A stretch of 64,000 nt of DNA, taken from the NCBI RefSeq assembly GCF_009914755.1, contig NC_060929.1. One strand, given 5' to 3'. The notes under the pieces were generated by a model. The model did no database searches. It saw nothing but the letters and a program-made list of their open reading frames with translations, and was not told the DNA's origin. This document shows, one piece after another, positions 1-16,170 of the stretch. The position numbers and the translations under genes were made by a program. Source of the DNA: the human T2T-CHM13v2.0 reference genome, Homo sapiens. Within the stretch, counting starts at the first letter, position 1; each line of letters begins with the position of its first letter.

Positions 1-1009
1 AGGCACTGCAGCGCAGAATAAACATGGGAATATTTTCAATAATTCCTTTCTGTTTGGTAGTATACAATTTTGTTAATCTTTTTTAAAAAGCAACTAAACG
101 TGTAAATATTACACAAACGTGTCAAATAAGGTAAAGATGATGTAAAATTACTCCTGTTATTGCCAAAATTAGTTGTACTTTAAAAAACTGGCTAAATTAA
201 AGAAATCAAAGAGCATTAATATCACATAAGTCCTTCAGAAATAAAAAGTGATATGAGAGTATCACTGAGAACTTAACTGTAATTGCACCAAAGCTGCATT
301 TGCTAAAGATTTAAAAATTGTTAATCGAAAGCAGCAAATGATAAATAAGCAAAAACAATGATTTCTGTAATCTGATAGGTAAAGTCTTCAAGATCAGTTT
401 GGAAAACTCTTAAGTGTACACTCAAAGGTTTCATATTCCTCAAAAAACAACTATATAAATCTATAAATCCAAGATATAAATACTTAGTATGCTTAGAATA
501 ACCAAAAGATTTTAAAATCTATAAAGTCTGTGGCTGAGAGGATTGAAAATTCAGTATTATAAAGGTTAATCAATTTTTCAGATAGAACCTTTGTAAGCAT
601 TTCCTAGAAGACACCAAAAGGACTGAAGGACTGACCCCAATGATTATTAGCAGTATCTTTCCAGAGTATCAAATTAGCTTTGACATTTTAAGACAATACA
701 TGTAAATTACAATATCAATTAAATAAAATTGTATGATGTCACATTTTCTAAGCATGTAACTGGTCTTGGCAACTAAAATACACAAGGAGAAAAACAACTG
801 CATGTGCCTATATAAAAGGGCATATAGATCCAAATATTTAACAAGCAGTGCAACATAGATATCGACCAGTCTAAACAGACTCCCACAAGTGGACATACCA
901 GCAGCCCTGCACACACCTATATATGTGCAATACACATGGGCATGTATGATTTTGGGCCATTACGAAAATACATTTTTAAATTCCAAATTCACTCTGATGT
1001 CCATTTTTA

Positions 1010-1180
<171 letters not shown>

Positions 1181-1599
1181 TCATCAGGTATTTGCATAGG
1201 TCTTGATTGTGATAGAGGCACTCTGATAGAGGTAGATAATAAGGATACAAGCCTACTGAGGGAAAATTTCTCAGAGGGAAAAGCATCCCAGAGACTTCAA
1301 AGATAAGCAGTGTTAGGCAAGCAGGACTTAGTCAAAGTGGTCTAAGGGGAGCTAAGGAAACAGACAAGCAAAGGTCCAGTGACAAAAGAAAATTTGTGCA
1401 TTTGAGGAACTGAAAGTTCTATGGCCTGAGGGATAGACTATTTTCATTTTACTATTTGTATGTACAGGTTGTATATTGAATGTGAAAAATAGTCCTTCTT
1501 TCCCTCTCCCCTGAAAAAACAGTTTGCATAAAATGGTCTATGTATTGTTTTCCTACATAAAATAGTTACAAAAATCTATCATTCAGCTATCCTCAATAA

Positions 1600-1990
1600 C
1601 CTATATCACCTGTTGAGATTTTAAATGGGATTCACAGAATCAGTAAATTTGGAGAAAACCAACAAGCCCTATCTTCCCACCCATGAGCATAGTATATGTC
1701 TCCATTTACTGAGGTTTTCTTCGACCTCCTTCAATAGTTTTATTATTTTCTCCATAAAAGCTTTATTTTTTTTCTTAGGTTTATTTATAGGTACTTAGTG
1801 GTTTCTCTTGCTACTGTGAATGTTACATTTGCTCCTATCTACTCTTCTGACATTACTGATCTAGGGAATGCTATTGATTTTTATTTATGTTTATTGCCTT
1901 TTAATTATACTACCAATTTTGGAGGGAAGAACATAAAGCAAAACTGTCTTGCCATCATGTTCTTTTATTCTTGACGGTTTATTTCCGGGA
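1600..1990 (-). mobile_element. Old L1M fragment
   Basis: Diverged antisense ORF2-like sequence (CCATGAGCATAGTATATGTCTCCATTTA...). Confidence 0.6.
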
Positions 1991-2071
1991 ATTAAAACAA
2001 GCATCCATTGCCACACTCCATCACTGCACAAAATGGAGCCATGTGAATGTAGAACTCCATTCTCATCCCTA

Positions 2072-2090
2072 CCGCACCCCCTAGTGGAAA
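2072..2090 (-). promoter_or_regulatory. Candidate CTCF site in OXCT1 intron 5
   Basis: Minus strand TTTCCACTAGGGGGTGCGG, close to consensus CCASYAGRKGGCRS; motif only. Confidence 0.5.
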
Positions 2091-2799
2091 AACAGACTAA
2101 GTGCGTTTTACAAAAAGCTGCTATAGAAAATAGAAAATTTTGGTACATTTATTTCAACTATGGTTTGAAACAAAACCTTTCTTAAATAAAGGCTACTTTA
2201 AAGACATTAACCAAGTTGCCTGCTAGAAAAAAGATTAATGCACTTAGGGAATAACTGATGAATGAGGATCTTACTATAGGAACTAAGATAAATTATATGA
2301 AAGATATTTCTGAGCCACATATCAATATACAAAGTTATTTTGGAACGGCTTATGTATTTCAAAAATCACTGTAAATACCAACAATGATAGTTGAGTGTTT
2401 TACATACAGATCTAGAAAACTGGGGTAAATATATGCAAATGCAAGGCAAAGTCAATAAATAGGCTTCTTTTATATTCTAGTTACATAATTTTCTGATGTG
2501 TCTACATACCAGCTGTTGCTGAGTGTTAGTTTTACTGAAATTTAAAAATGGGGAAGGAGTTGGTTTTGTCAAACTAGCTATTATACTCACTTGAAAGAAT
2601 TCTACATTTCGTAGTCACCACTTCCTCACTTTTTGGTTCTTTCTTGAATCTAATGAGATTTTCATCCCCTCTATTCCAAAAAGGAATAATTCTTAAAGTT
2701 GTCAATGACCTCTGTTTTTGCAAATCCAATGATTCAATTCCAGGCCCTGTATTACCAACCTCTTCACACTCAGTTGATCATTCCCTTCTTTTTAAAATT

Positions 2800-3910
2800 T
2801 CCCTTCTCTTTCAAATTGCCAGATGCCCCTGGGTTTCTTCTTTACTTACTAATCACTCTTTCCCATTTCTCTTTGCTGCTCCTTCTCTTCCCAATTTCTA
2901 AATGTCAACGAGGTGCTCTGCACTCAGCCCCTAGACACTCATCTAGTATACAGATTTAAATACTATATGCTGATGCCTCCAAAGTCTCTATCCTGGCTCT
3001 AGACTCTCCCCTGATATGACGTTCACTAAGCACCTCCTCTTGGAGTCTAATGAACGTCTCCAATGCACCATGTTCCAAACAGAGCTCTTTGATAAGGCCT
3101 GTGCTTCATTCATCTTACACAGTATGCTTGACTCCTCTTACACCCCTTACCTATCTACCAGTAAATCCTGTTGGCTCTACCATGAACATAACACCAATTT
3201 CAACCACTTCTCTCAAACTCCACTGTTACCACCTTGGTCTAGCCACCTTCCATTCCCTCCTAAATTAACACAACAGCCTCCTAAACCCTCTCTCGCTGCT
3301 TCTGCTCTTGGCTTCCTAGCAAAAAAAAAAAAAAAAGAACCACCACCCCAGCAGCCACAGTGATAGTTACAAAAGACAACTCAAATTACATCACTCTCAC
3401 CCTTATTCAAAACTCCATAGGCTTCCCACTGCGTTCCGTAAAATTCAAACTTTGCATGAATTTGACTCCTGCCTCTCTTCAATCTCCATCCTTATCACTC
3501 TCTGCCTCATGTGCTGTTCCAGCCTCACCACCCTCCTGTTCCCCAAACACGGCAAGCCTGTAGCTGCCTCAGCACCTTGTACTTACTCTTCCTTCTGAAC
3601 AGAGCACAAACCCTCTTATCTCCACTTGCCTCGTTCTCCTACCTTATTCAGGTCTCTACCAAGTGTCACCTCCCCAAAGAAGCTCTCCCTGGCCACCAGT
3701 CTGGAATATCAGCTGCCTGGCCAGTGATAATTAATTCTCTTTGCTGTTAATCTACTTGATTTGTCTTCACAGTACTTCCACTATAGACATTATGCATTTA
3801 TTCATTCATTGTCAGTTCCTCCACTAGCAGGAGGACTTGATCTAGATCATTTTACCACAGTGCTTAGACCAGGGTTTGGCAAAGAGTAGGACCTCAATAA
3901 ATAACACTAA
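2800..3910 (+). mobile_element. L2 (L2a-like) 3' portion
   Basis: Pyrimidine-rich L2 signature blocks; terminal GTAGGACCTCAATAAATA. Confidence 0.75.
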
Positions 3911-4476
3911 TTTAGAAATGAACTCACTTTTTCCTGCTTTAAGTAAAAAAAAAAAGTACTAAGAATTAAGAAATAAATTATCTGTCATATTCCTAGGGAA
4001 TTCAGACAAAATTAAAAAACTACGAGTTTGAGGCACCTGATTCCAGGCAGAAATGAACCTAAGAAATATTTTAGTCTCATATTTTCACGAGGTGAATTAA
4101 TTTTTCAACTTCTAGCAAGCTATCAAAGTATTTATCCCAAGTTTTCCGGGAACTTTATGAGATACTACTACAGTTCATTTTAACAATTAGGCTCCTGTCT
4201 TTTACTTTGTCAAGAAGCCTTTTAAACTTATTTAGACAGTAAAGGAAAAAGATCAAACATAAAAAACACATTTTTTATCTTAAAATATTTTAATGTAAAA
4301 TTTATCATATAAAAATGTACAAAATATGCTTATGTAGCATTTTAAAAATATATGCAGTACTTATACATTTTTATAACACCAGCTTAAGAAATAGAACATT
4401 AATATTCAGTTTAAATCCCCCTGCATTCCCTCCCTAATTGCACTCATTTTCTGCCTTCCAATCCAGAAGTCTTCTC

Positions 4477-7441
<2,965 letters not shown>

Positions 7442-8332
7442 AAAAACACATTAATAAAAGCTTTGAATCCACATAGATCACTCTCAACAGAAAGATGTCT
7501 CCAGATGGAAGATGCAGCTGGAGATCAACAGTGAACATCAAAGGACATATTCAGTGACCTCCAATCTTCCCTCTGATCGTTCCTAGGAATGGGAGGGGCA
7601 CAGCCAGCATCCCCATATGCAGAAAAGTGATAAGAGATCCCCTGATTTACTACGTTCACTTCCCCAGAGATGACTACAGCATTTCTGCAACCTGTGTTAA
7701 CTTTCTTCGGCCATTTGGACAGGAAAATGGAAAGATACTAAAAAATACCGTAATGAAATACTGGCCAGTGTAATTTTTGAAATTTTCTCCAACCTGAGCA
7801 TCTCAAATACCTTTATCTGAAATTCTACTCTTCTATAATATGCCTAGGATAGATGTACCCCATCCTACTCAGCATTTTAAATAGAAGTAGGTTATTCCAT
7901 CAAAAGCTCAAATGTGTCCAAGATACAAAATAAATAGTGACCATATGAACTCTCTATTCTATCATAACAGTTCCTTTCAAGGTTTCAGACAAACATATTA
8001 TTTCCTTGTTTTTTCTTCCTACAGTCACTTTAGGAAGGGCCTGAGCATAAAGAGTTTGCTAGCATGCATACCACAACTACTTTATTTTCCATATAAGCAT
8101 AATCAGCAAGTATAACTGTTTCTCAATTTGTTAAAGCCTACCATAAAATCAGTTCAAGTAACTAACCTTGACTAGTACACCATATGTGGATTACACCATT
8201 TTTTCCTTCTTTTTATTGTAGTTTCTCTACGTGATTTTAAATGCTAGTGGATGCCCAGATTTAGCTAGAAATTTCACCTATTTATGAAAATGAATGAGTG
8301 CTTTTTCTCACATAGAGGTGATTTTATACTTA

Positions 8333-8587
<255 letters not shown>

Positions 8588-9397
8588 TCACTAAGCACAC
8601 TTCTCTATGTGGACACAAACATTTAGACGTGGTTCCTACTATCTAGAGGCTTATAATTCTAAAAAGTAGCTAGCATTGTACATTAGCATACTTCACTAAT
8701 ATTGTATGCTAGAAGATCAATTTTAAGAAGTTACTGCCCCTCTAGAACCATTCTAAATCCACATTCAAAATGTAACCGCTTATTTGTATAGTCATGCATT
8801 GAGCTTCCATACCTCTCAATGATCTCTTGACACATTTAAATGTGTCTATTTTTGATATTCTAAGTCAATTTTAAAATCTGAATTATGAAACTTTAGTTAT
8901 ATATATTAAGTAATGCAGTTAAATTTTGTTTTATTTCATGATCTATGTTGGTATGGCCTAAATTTTATTCAAGTTAATAATGTAAAGTGTTTAAATTTTA
9001 GAGCTTATTTTAAACCATTTTCATAAATATTTTTATCTACAAATCGTCTAAGAAAAAAAACAAAGTGAAAAATACAGCATACTGGTAAATTGGTTTTTAA
9101 AAGCCAAGAGTACATCAAATTGTTTCAGAGTAGAAACAGCTGCAAGCAAAGTTACTTTGTATCTTCTTTTGATCATCATCTTTCCGATGGGTGACTCTTC
9201 TTCCTAGGTACCAGTGATTTCAAGACTAGTTTCCCTGGCTCTCTCACTCTCAACTGTTTTTCTACCCAGGTTTTCCCTAAGGAATCAACTCTGGCCCTGA
9301 ACCTTGACACCCTTCCTAACCTTGACGCCTACTGTGATAGACTTGTTACAACAGTCTTACTAGAAAACTGACTGGCTAGTCAGTAGTTAAAAATTGG

Positions 9398-9520
9398 GGC
9401 TGGACACCATGGCTCATGCCTGTAAATCCCAGTGCTTTGGGAGGTGAAGGATCACTTGAGGCCAGGAGTTTGAGTCCAGCCTGGGCAACATAATGAGATC
9501 TGCCTCTTTAAGAAAAAAAA
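9398..9520 (+). mobile_element. Free left Alu monomer (FLAM-like)
   Basis: Single Alu left arm ending in an A-run; flanking AAAATTGG/AGAATTGG. Confidence 0.8.
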
Positions 9521-10241
9521 GAATTGGTTCATGGTATTAATGATGATGTGTTCATATTGTCCCAACCTTAAAAAGTATTTTCTACTTTAACAGGACTCTA
9601 AGTATTCAACTCAAAAAAGAAACTAACAGTTGGGACTTGAGACATTGAGTCATTCAAGTAGGTGGAATATTCTGGGGAAACAGAGACTTGGGGTATAACT
9701 GAAAATCTTCCAGATAACTGATTATCTAGCCAACGGAAAGAGATGACTCTACCTTGTGTTGTGAAGTTAGTAACATTTACAAAAAATTAAATCATCAAAA
9801 TTACCATAACACTACCCCTTGCCTTAAAATATGTTTTATATATACCCTCCCTGAATACTCTCCTTCTATCATACCAGGTAAGGGCCTGAAAGTGGACTAT
9901 TTCTGCAGATAGGCCTTCTGTAGGTGCCACCAGCTCCTTACCCTCACCCACCAAAGAACTCCTGATCCCCACCATCGATACTCCTCCCCCTAGCCTTCAG
10001 GCTGCAAAATAAGCTGCCAGAGCCAGTGTTTACTAACGGGCCACTAAGTTGGGGAAGGAGACACTGACCTCTCTTAGCCTGAGGAAAAACTGTAAAAAAA
10101 AAAATGATATATTAATGATGTACGTACTTTCTGACGAAATAAGGAGTAACATAAAAGATACCAAGGGTAATCAAAAGGTTAATTTTCAATAGTTCCACAA
10201 CCCAAAGAATACTGTATCTTAACCTACCATGTGAAAAATAC

Positions 10242-10569
10242 TGCTATGGACCGAACTGTGTTCTCCCCAAAATTCATATGTTGAATTCCTAGTCACCAGT
10301 GTGACTGTATTGAGATAGGGCCTATAAGGAGGTCATCAAGGTTGAAGGAAGTCAAAAAGGTTGGGCCCTGATCTGGTATGATTAGTGTTCCTACAAGAAG
10401 AGACACCCAGAGAGTGAGCATGCATGCTCTCCGCCATGCAAGAACCGTGAGAAGTCGGCCATCTGCAAGCCAAGGAGGACTTCCAAGCCTTCAGAACTGT
10501 GAGAAACTTCTGTTGTTTAAGCCACCAGTCTGTGATATTTTGTTATAGCAGCCTGAGCAGACTAAGACA
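10242..10569 (+). mobile_element. MaLR solo LTR (MLT1A-like)
   Basis: TGCTATGGAC...GACTAAGACA termini and typical internal motifs. Confidence 0.8.
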
Positions 10570-11169
10570 TCTTTGTTTTTTTTGTTTTTGTTTTTTCAAA
10601 AAACTGAGAAAATTGAGTAAATACCAAGCCCAGTGCAATGCTATGGTATGTACAGGTAACGGTGCTATAGAGTGACCAGGTGTGACTGCAACACGAGCCT
10701 CAGAATAGTTCCCATGTGTGCTTTCTAGACAAACACACCATGATTTCATTACTAATTTTTAAAAATCTACTAAATTATGTTATTACCAACTTGGCAAAGT
10801 CAGTAGCAATATTTTCTGTTGACTAAAATAAAGCGGAGTGGCTCAGTTCAAGAGCTGAGAGCAGAGCATGTCAAAATGAAAGAAGAGCAAACTGTAGACC
10901 CTCATTTTACTTAAAGATTTCAGAAAGTTTTCCTTTCTTTATGAATAACTCCAATTAGTTAAGAGATGACATAGAAAATGAGTGAAAAGTTGCTAGATTA
11001 ATTATAGTAACTGCTTGCTTTGTAGTAACATCAGTTCCCTGGGAATCTAGGTTCTGATCCCAGCACTTACTCAGATATAGTCACATGCACCTTTCAAGGG
11101 CTTCACTCTGAAGTGTCTCAGCAAGACCAGATCACCCATAAATTTCTAGTTCTAAAATTCATAGAAATT

Positions 11170-11468
11170 GGAGAGGCATGGTGGCTTACACCTGTGAGGC
11201 CAAGGCAGGCGGCTCATTTGAGGTCAGGAGTTCGAGACCAGCCTGGCCAACATGGTGAAATCCCGTCTCTACTAAAAATACAGAAAACAAAAGTAGCTGG
11301 GCGTGGTGGCACATGCCTGTAATCTCAAATCTCAGCTTCTCAGGAGGCCGAGGCAGGAGAATTGCTTGAACTCGGGAGGTGGAGTTTGCAGTGAGCCGAG
11401 ATCACACCGCCGCACTCCACCCTGGGTGACACAGTAAGACTCTGCCTCAAAAAAAAAAATAAAAATAA
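11170..11468 (+). mobile_element. AluS with a small left-arm deletion
   Basis: Dimeric Alu with A-tail and degenerate TSD. Confidence 0.9.
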
Positions 11469-11772
11469 ATTCCTATAAATTAACTTTTTAGGATGATTCT
11501 CAAACATTCCAGCAAATCCTTTTGTATGCTTCTGGCACAATACACATTACAGTGCCAAACTTAAAATCTTATCTTGCAGCCTGGATATCTTTTAGAAATA
11601 TCTCTTTTTTCAGTACACAGTAGAAGAAAATATTAATCCTCCAGCAATCAACAGGTGTGAGTTAGAAACAAAATTCCCTGGTTTGGCAAAGTACTATTCC
11701 TTCTGCCTTACCTCTTTTGCACAAAGAAATTTCCACGGAGAAAAAAGGAATTTTTAAAGTAAGTTAGTATTA

Positions 11773-11979
<207 letters not shown>

Positions 11980-12948
11980 CTATTACATCTTTTTAAAGAG
12001 ATAAAACTTTGTTAATTTAAAGAAAAATAAATCCTTTCTTATAGGCATTTGATCCACATTCTTAGTCTCCCATAACCCCAAAACTTTTGCAAGGTAGCTA
12101 TCCTTTTATTTTACAGTTGAGGAAACTAAAAGTCAAGAAGTTTAAGTTATTTTTTTGTGGGAGCGGGGCATGCACAGGGCAAGGTCTTGGGCAGTAAGGG
12201 ACATACAGCCAATATTCACACCCATGTCAACCCTACAGTTTTACCCCGCACCTTTTGTTATTTTCACGGCTGCAGAGTGATTCTGAGTTAGAAGATAAGC
12301 AAAGAGATGAATTGGTTCTTGTCCTATGCTTTGAAGGAACACATAAATGCAGTGACAATATACTGACCCAAAATGAAGATTTGGATGGAGAAGCTCTTTC
12401 ACTTCTAAAAAGGAGAGAGGGGCATTCTGGTATTTAAAAGAGAGATTAACATGCTCATTGAAATGTGGACCCAAATTATAAATAGCTATGAACATTTTCC
12501 CTATATCATAAATCTTTTGCTCAAGAAGATTTACACATTCTTAACAAAAACAAGCAAAAAAAAAATTAATCACAAGCCAGTGAAGAGTGTTAAGTGGAAA
12601 CAATAATCCTGTATCTGTTAAATTATATATACTATAGTTTAATATCTTTATTATTTTAAAGCTGGCGCTCAATTTATTCTTAGAAATGGTATACACAGTG
12701 TTGACTTTATTTTTTCATTGGGTGAAGGTCTCCAGGTTTATGCCTTTCTTTATTTCTATTATTTTTCAAAGCAAAATATGCCTAGAATTTAAAGCAAAGT
12801 CAATGTAACAAGATAGATAACTGAATGAATTATTTTTCCATTTCAGTCACCTTAAAGACTGAAGATCATCTTCCATTCAAGAGTCAGAAATATTTTAACC
12901 AACTAGAGAAATAAAACATTTCTAAGATAAGAATACTTGACCTTAAGC

Positions 12949-13106
12949 TTTTTTTAATGGTGAAATTTTTTAATGACAAAATTTTTTTTTAATGGTGAAA
13001 TATTTTTAATGGCGAAATATCTTTTAATGGCGAAATATTTTTTAATGGTGAAATTGTTTTAATGGGGAAGTATTTTTCGTAGCAAAACACTTTTAATGGC
13101 AAAAAG
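12949..13106. repeat. ~17-18 bp minisatellite, about 9 units of TTTTAATGGYGAAATAT
   Basis: Units read directly; 8 of 9 contain TTAATG. Confidence 0.9.
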
Positions 13107-13830
13107 TATGATGAGACACCACCACAAACATGAAGGGATGGCTAAAAAAGAAAAAAATACCAAGTCTCGACAAAGATGTGAAACAATCAGAACTCTCATA
13201 TGTGCCAAGGGGAATTTAAACTGAAATGACCACCTTGGAAAAACTGTTAGTACCTACTAATGTTCAATATATCCATATGCTATGGGTCAGCAATTCCATT
13301 CTGGGTCTATAACCAACAGAAATGCATACTTAGGTTCATCACAAGACATGTGCAAGAAAATTCATAGCAGCACTGTTCATTATGGCCAAAATTGGAGCCT
13401 CCCAAATGCTCATCAGCAAAATAGATAATTGTGGCATACTACATAATGAAGTGGGGTATAGCAGTGAGAATGACTCATCTATAACCATCAGTAACAATGG
13501 TTGAATCTCACAGAATAATGTTGAGCTAAAGCCAGACACAAGATTATACTCTGAAATATTCCTTTAATATGATGTTCAAAATCAGACAAAACAAATCTAT
13601 GAGAATCAAAAGTAAGGCTAACGATTAATATTGGTAGTGGGAGAAGAGAACAGCGACTGGAAGGAGCAGGAAGAGGGCTTCCTGGGGTACTGGTCATGTT
13701 CCATTTATCTATCTGGGCATTGATGACATGGGTGTGCAGCTTGTAAAACTCCATCAAACTGTATTTATGAGATGTTCACTTTTCTATATTACTCCATACT
13801 ATGCTTCAAGAAAGCCTTTTAAGAGACAGA
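13107..13830 (+). mobile_element. Old L1ME-like 3' end
   Basis: Diverged ORF2 3'/UTR blocks (GATGTGAAACAATCAGAACTCTCATA, TTCATAGCAGCACTGTTCAT). Confidence 0.75.
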
Positions 13831-13951
13831 AATGTAGTGATAAGGACCAGAGTGCTTCCTAGAAACAGAAGTTTTTATTTACAATCTCTCCCTCCTAATT
13901 CCTTTAGTGCTCTGATGGTTCCTTCCCTACAGAGCTTGTGTCATCTACACA

Positions 13952-14810
13952 GTTCATTCATCTGAAACTCCGTTACTGAGTGCTTATTCTACCACAGGTT
14001 TGTTAATTCATCTAAAACTCCCTTACTGAGTGCTTATTCTATCCCTGTGTCAGGCTCTGGAGCTACAATCATGAATAAGACCTGGTCCTGGGCAGCTTTG
14101 AAACTGAGAAAATAAACACGTAACCTATAATTACAACAGAGGGAGAGACATGCTAAGGGAATTAGGCACAAATTGTGATAATTCTGAAAATGGAGAACCC
14201 AACTTTTGGGGAGGAGAAAGATAGCAGAAAAAATCTTACAGGAGGTGGCACTTACACAGACATAGGAAAAAAGAAAACATCTCGAGAACAGTGTGTGGGG
14301 TGGAGGTGTAGAGAAAAACAGACAGATAGACAGCTTTGCAAAGATGCACTCAGGAAACTACATGTTCAGTGTTCCTGGAGTATGGACTGAGGGCAACAGC
14401 ATGTGGGAGGGGAGAAGGCAGGACCAGTTGTGATCAGCCTTGTGGGATTTCATCCTGAAAGACAGGAAGTCCCTGTAAAAAGTTTTAAGCGGAAATATAA
14501 CAGTATGATTAGCTGGAAAGCTTGAAAGATGAAAGGCCGGGATATCAATGAAGAGGCTCGAAGTAGTCCAAACAACCAACAGTGAGAGTCTGAGCAGTGG
14601 GAATGGGAATGGAGAAGGGAGAAATCAAGAGGGTCTTTGGGGGAAATAATTCATAAGACTTGTTGCCCATCCTGATGAAGCTGCAGACCCACTCCAGAAT
14701 TCTGGCTTTGGTGATGGAATATAAAGAAAGTTGGTTGGGGGAAATTAACAAGCACTAGTGACGCCTACTTACTTGATCTGGAAAGGTGTTAAGTATGTGA
14801 CAAACCACTG
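13952..14810 (-). mobile_element. L2 fragment with a 50-bp-period duplication at its 3' end
   Basis: TTCATTCA...TTACTGAGTGCTTA L2 end in antisense; purine-rich body. Confidence 0.7.
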
Positions 14811-15205
14811 ACATTTCTCCTGATGCCACCTGTTCTCCCAACTTCATTCCACTCTCCACTCTCATACTCCTCACACCGACAAGTGACCACTCCAGCTCAG
14901 CTGATTCCTTCCCAATTCTCAGAATTTCATTTCCAAACCTCTTTCCTACCCCCGGCACTCCTGACACAATGAACACTTCAAAGTGTCTAGGTAACAGGTA
15001 ACTGTCAACCTCCTACTCAACGTGTTTTGCACCCCTAGCCTTCAAATGCTGAATCTGATAAGATTTCCCATCCACCATGGGTAGAAAAGAAATAGCTGCA
15101 TGACTTACTCTCACTTGGTTCAAAAGAAAACTAATGCCTAAGTAACATAAGCATTTTCAAGAGTGTACTTTTGAGCTAGAATGCCCGGCAAGTTAAGAAT
15201 ACATT

Positions 15206-15224
15206 TGTCCACTAGAGGTCACCA
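15206..15224 (+). promoter_or_regulatory. Candidate CTCF site in OXCT1 intron 3
   Basis: TGTCCACTAGAGGTCACCA, one core mismatch; motif only. Confidence 0.35.
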
Positions 15225-15309
15225 GAGGCCTAAGGATTCCGTTGTTCAAGGGCTGTCTTCCCATTACTCTCAATGCACACAATGCCTTCTGAGTTTTTAA
15301 CCTACTCCT

Positions 15310-15830
15310 AGTACCTGGCTAGGTCCCCACAATTCTATTCCCCCAAATTCAACTCCACTGCAGCCTTCCCATCTCACCTCATGGCAGGCTCACCTTACAG
15401 ATCCTCAGCCCAAAACTAACGCAGCGATCTTTGACTTCTCTCACAAACTCCACATTGAATCTATCAGGAAATCCTGATTCCCCCTTCAAAGCCTATTCAA
15501 AATCTGGCCATTTCTCACTCTCTCCTTGGTACTCTGCACTATCTTGCCAGGGTACTGCAAACCCTCCCTGCTTCCCCTCCCACACAACATGGCAGCCAAA
15601 GCAAGCCATATAAAATGTAAGTCAGAACATATCACTGCTCTTGCTCACACCCTTGTGATGGTACTTTCATTCAGAGTAAAATTAAAGGTCTCCGGAGTGG
15701 CCTGCAAGGTCCCATGTGATCAGTTGCCCTTTGATGTCCCCAACCTCACTCCACCCATTCTCCTTTTGGCTCACTTCTCTTCCTCTCCTGGCCTCACCAT
15801 CCCTCCAACATCTGGACCTCAGATGGCTGC
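15310..15830 (+). mobile_element. L2 fragment
   Basis: Typical L2 blocks (AAAATGTAAGTCAGAACATATCACTGCTCT). Confidence 0.7.
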
Positions 15831-15831
15831 C

Positions 15832-16170
15832 CTGTAGACTAAATTGAGGGGTCCCCTTGCCCTCTGGCTTCTGATTGGGTTCAGCCACTCTGACCGGGTT
15901 CACCCAATGGGAGGCACCATCAAGAGGATGTGGGTGAGGGGAAAATGTTGGGATTTATATTCCTCTGGCTCTCTCCCTGAGAAGTTACAGCCTATTGGAT
16001 AACCCCCTCCATAAAGCTTTCTTCCAGGTCCTAGTAACAGCTCCCTGCCTTCACTCCTTCAGACCTGGGGCTGGTAACAGCACCCCTCCAATACAAATTC
16101 CAGTGTTCTTTATTACTCATTTTTCCCTCATCCCTGACCATTCCACTGAAAAGGCTCCCTTTGGTAAACT
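15832..16170. mobile_element. Old ERVL-type LTR (LTR16/LTR33-like)
   Basis: CCTTGCCCTCTGGCTTCTGATTGGG...CCAATGGGAGGCAC motif; subfamily uncertain. Confidence 0.5.

Noticed and set aside
12949-13106. CRISPR-like array
   Set aside because: The units are contiguous with no unique spacers, and there are no cas genes; this is a eukaryotic minisatellite.
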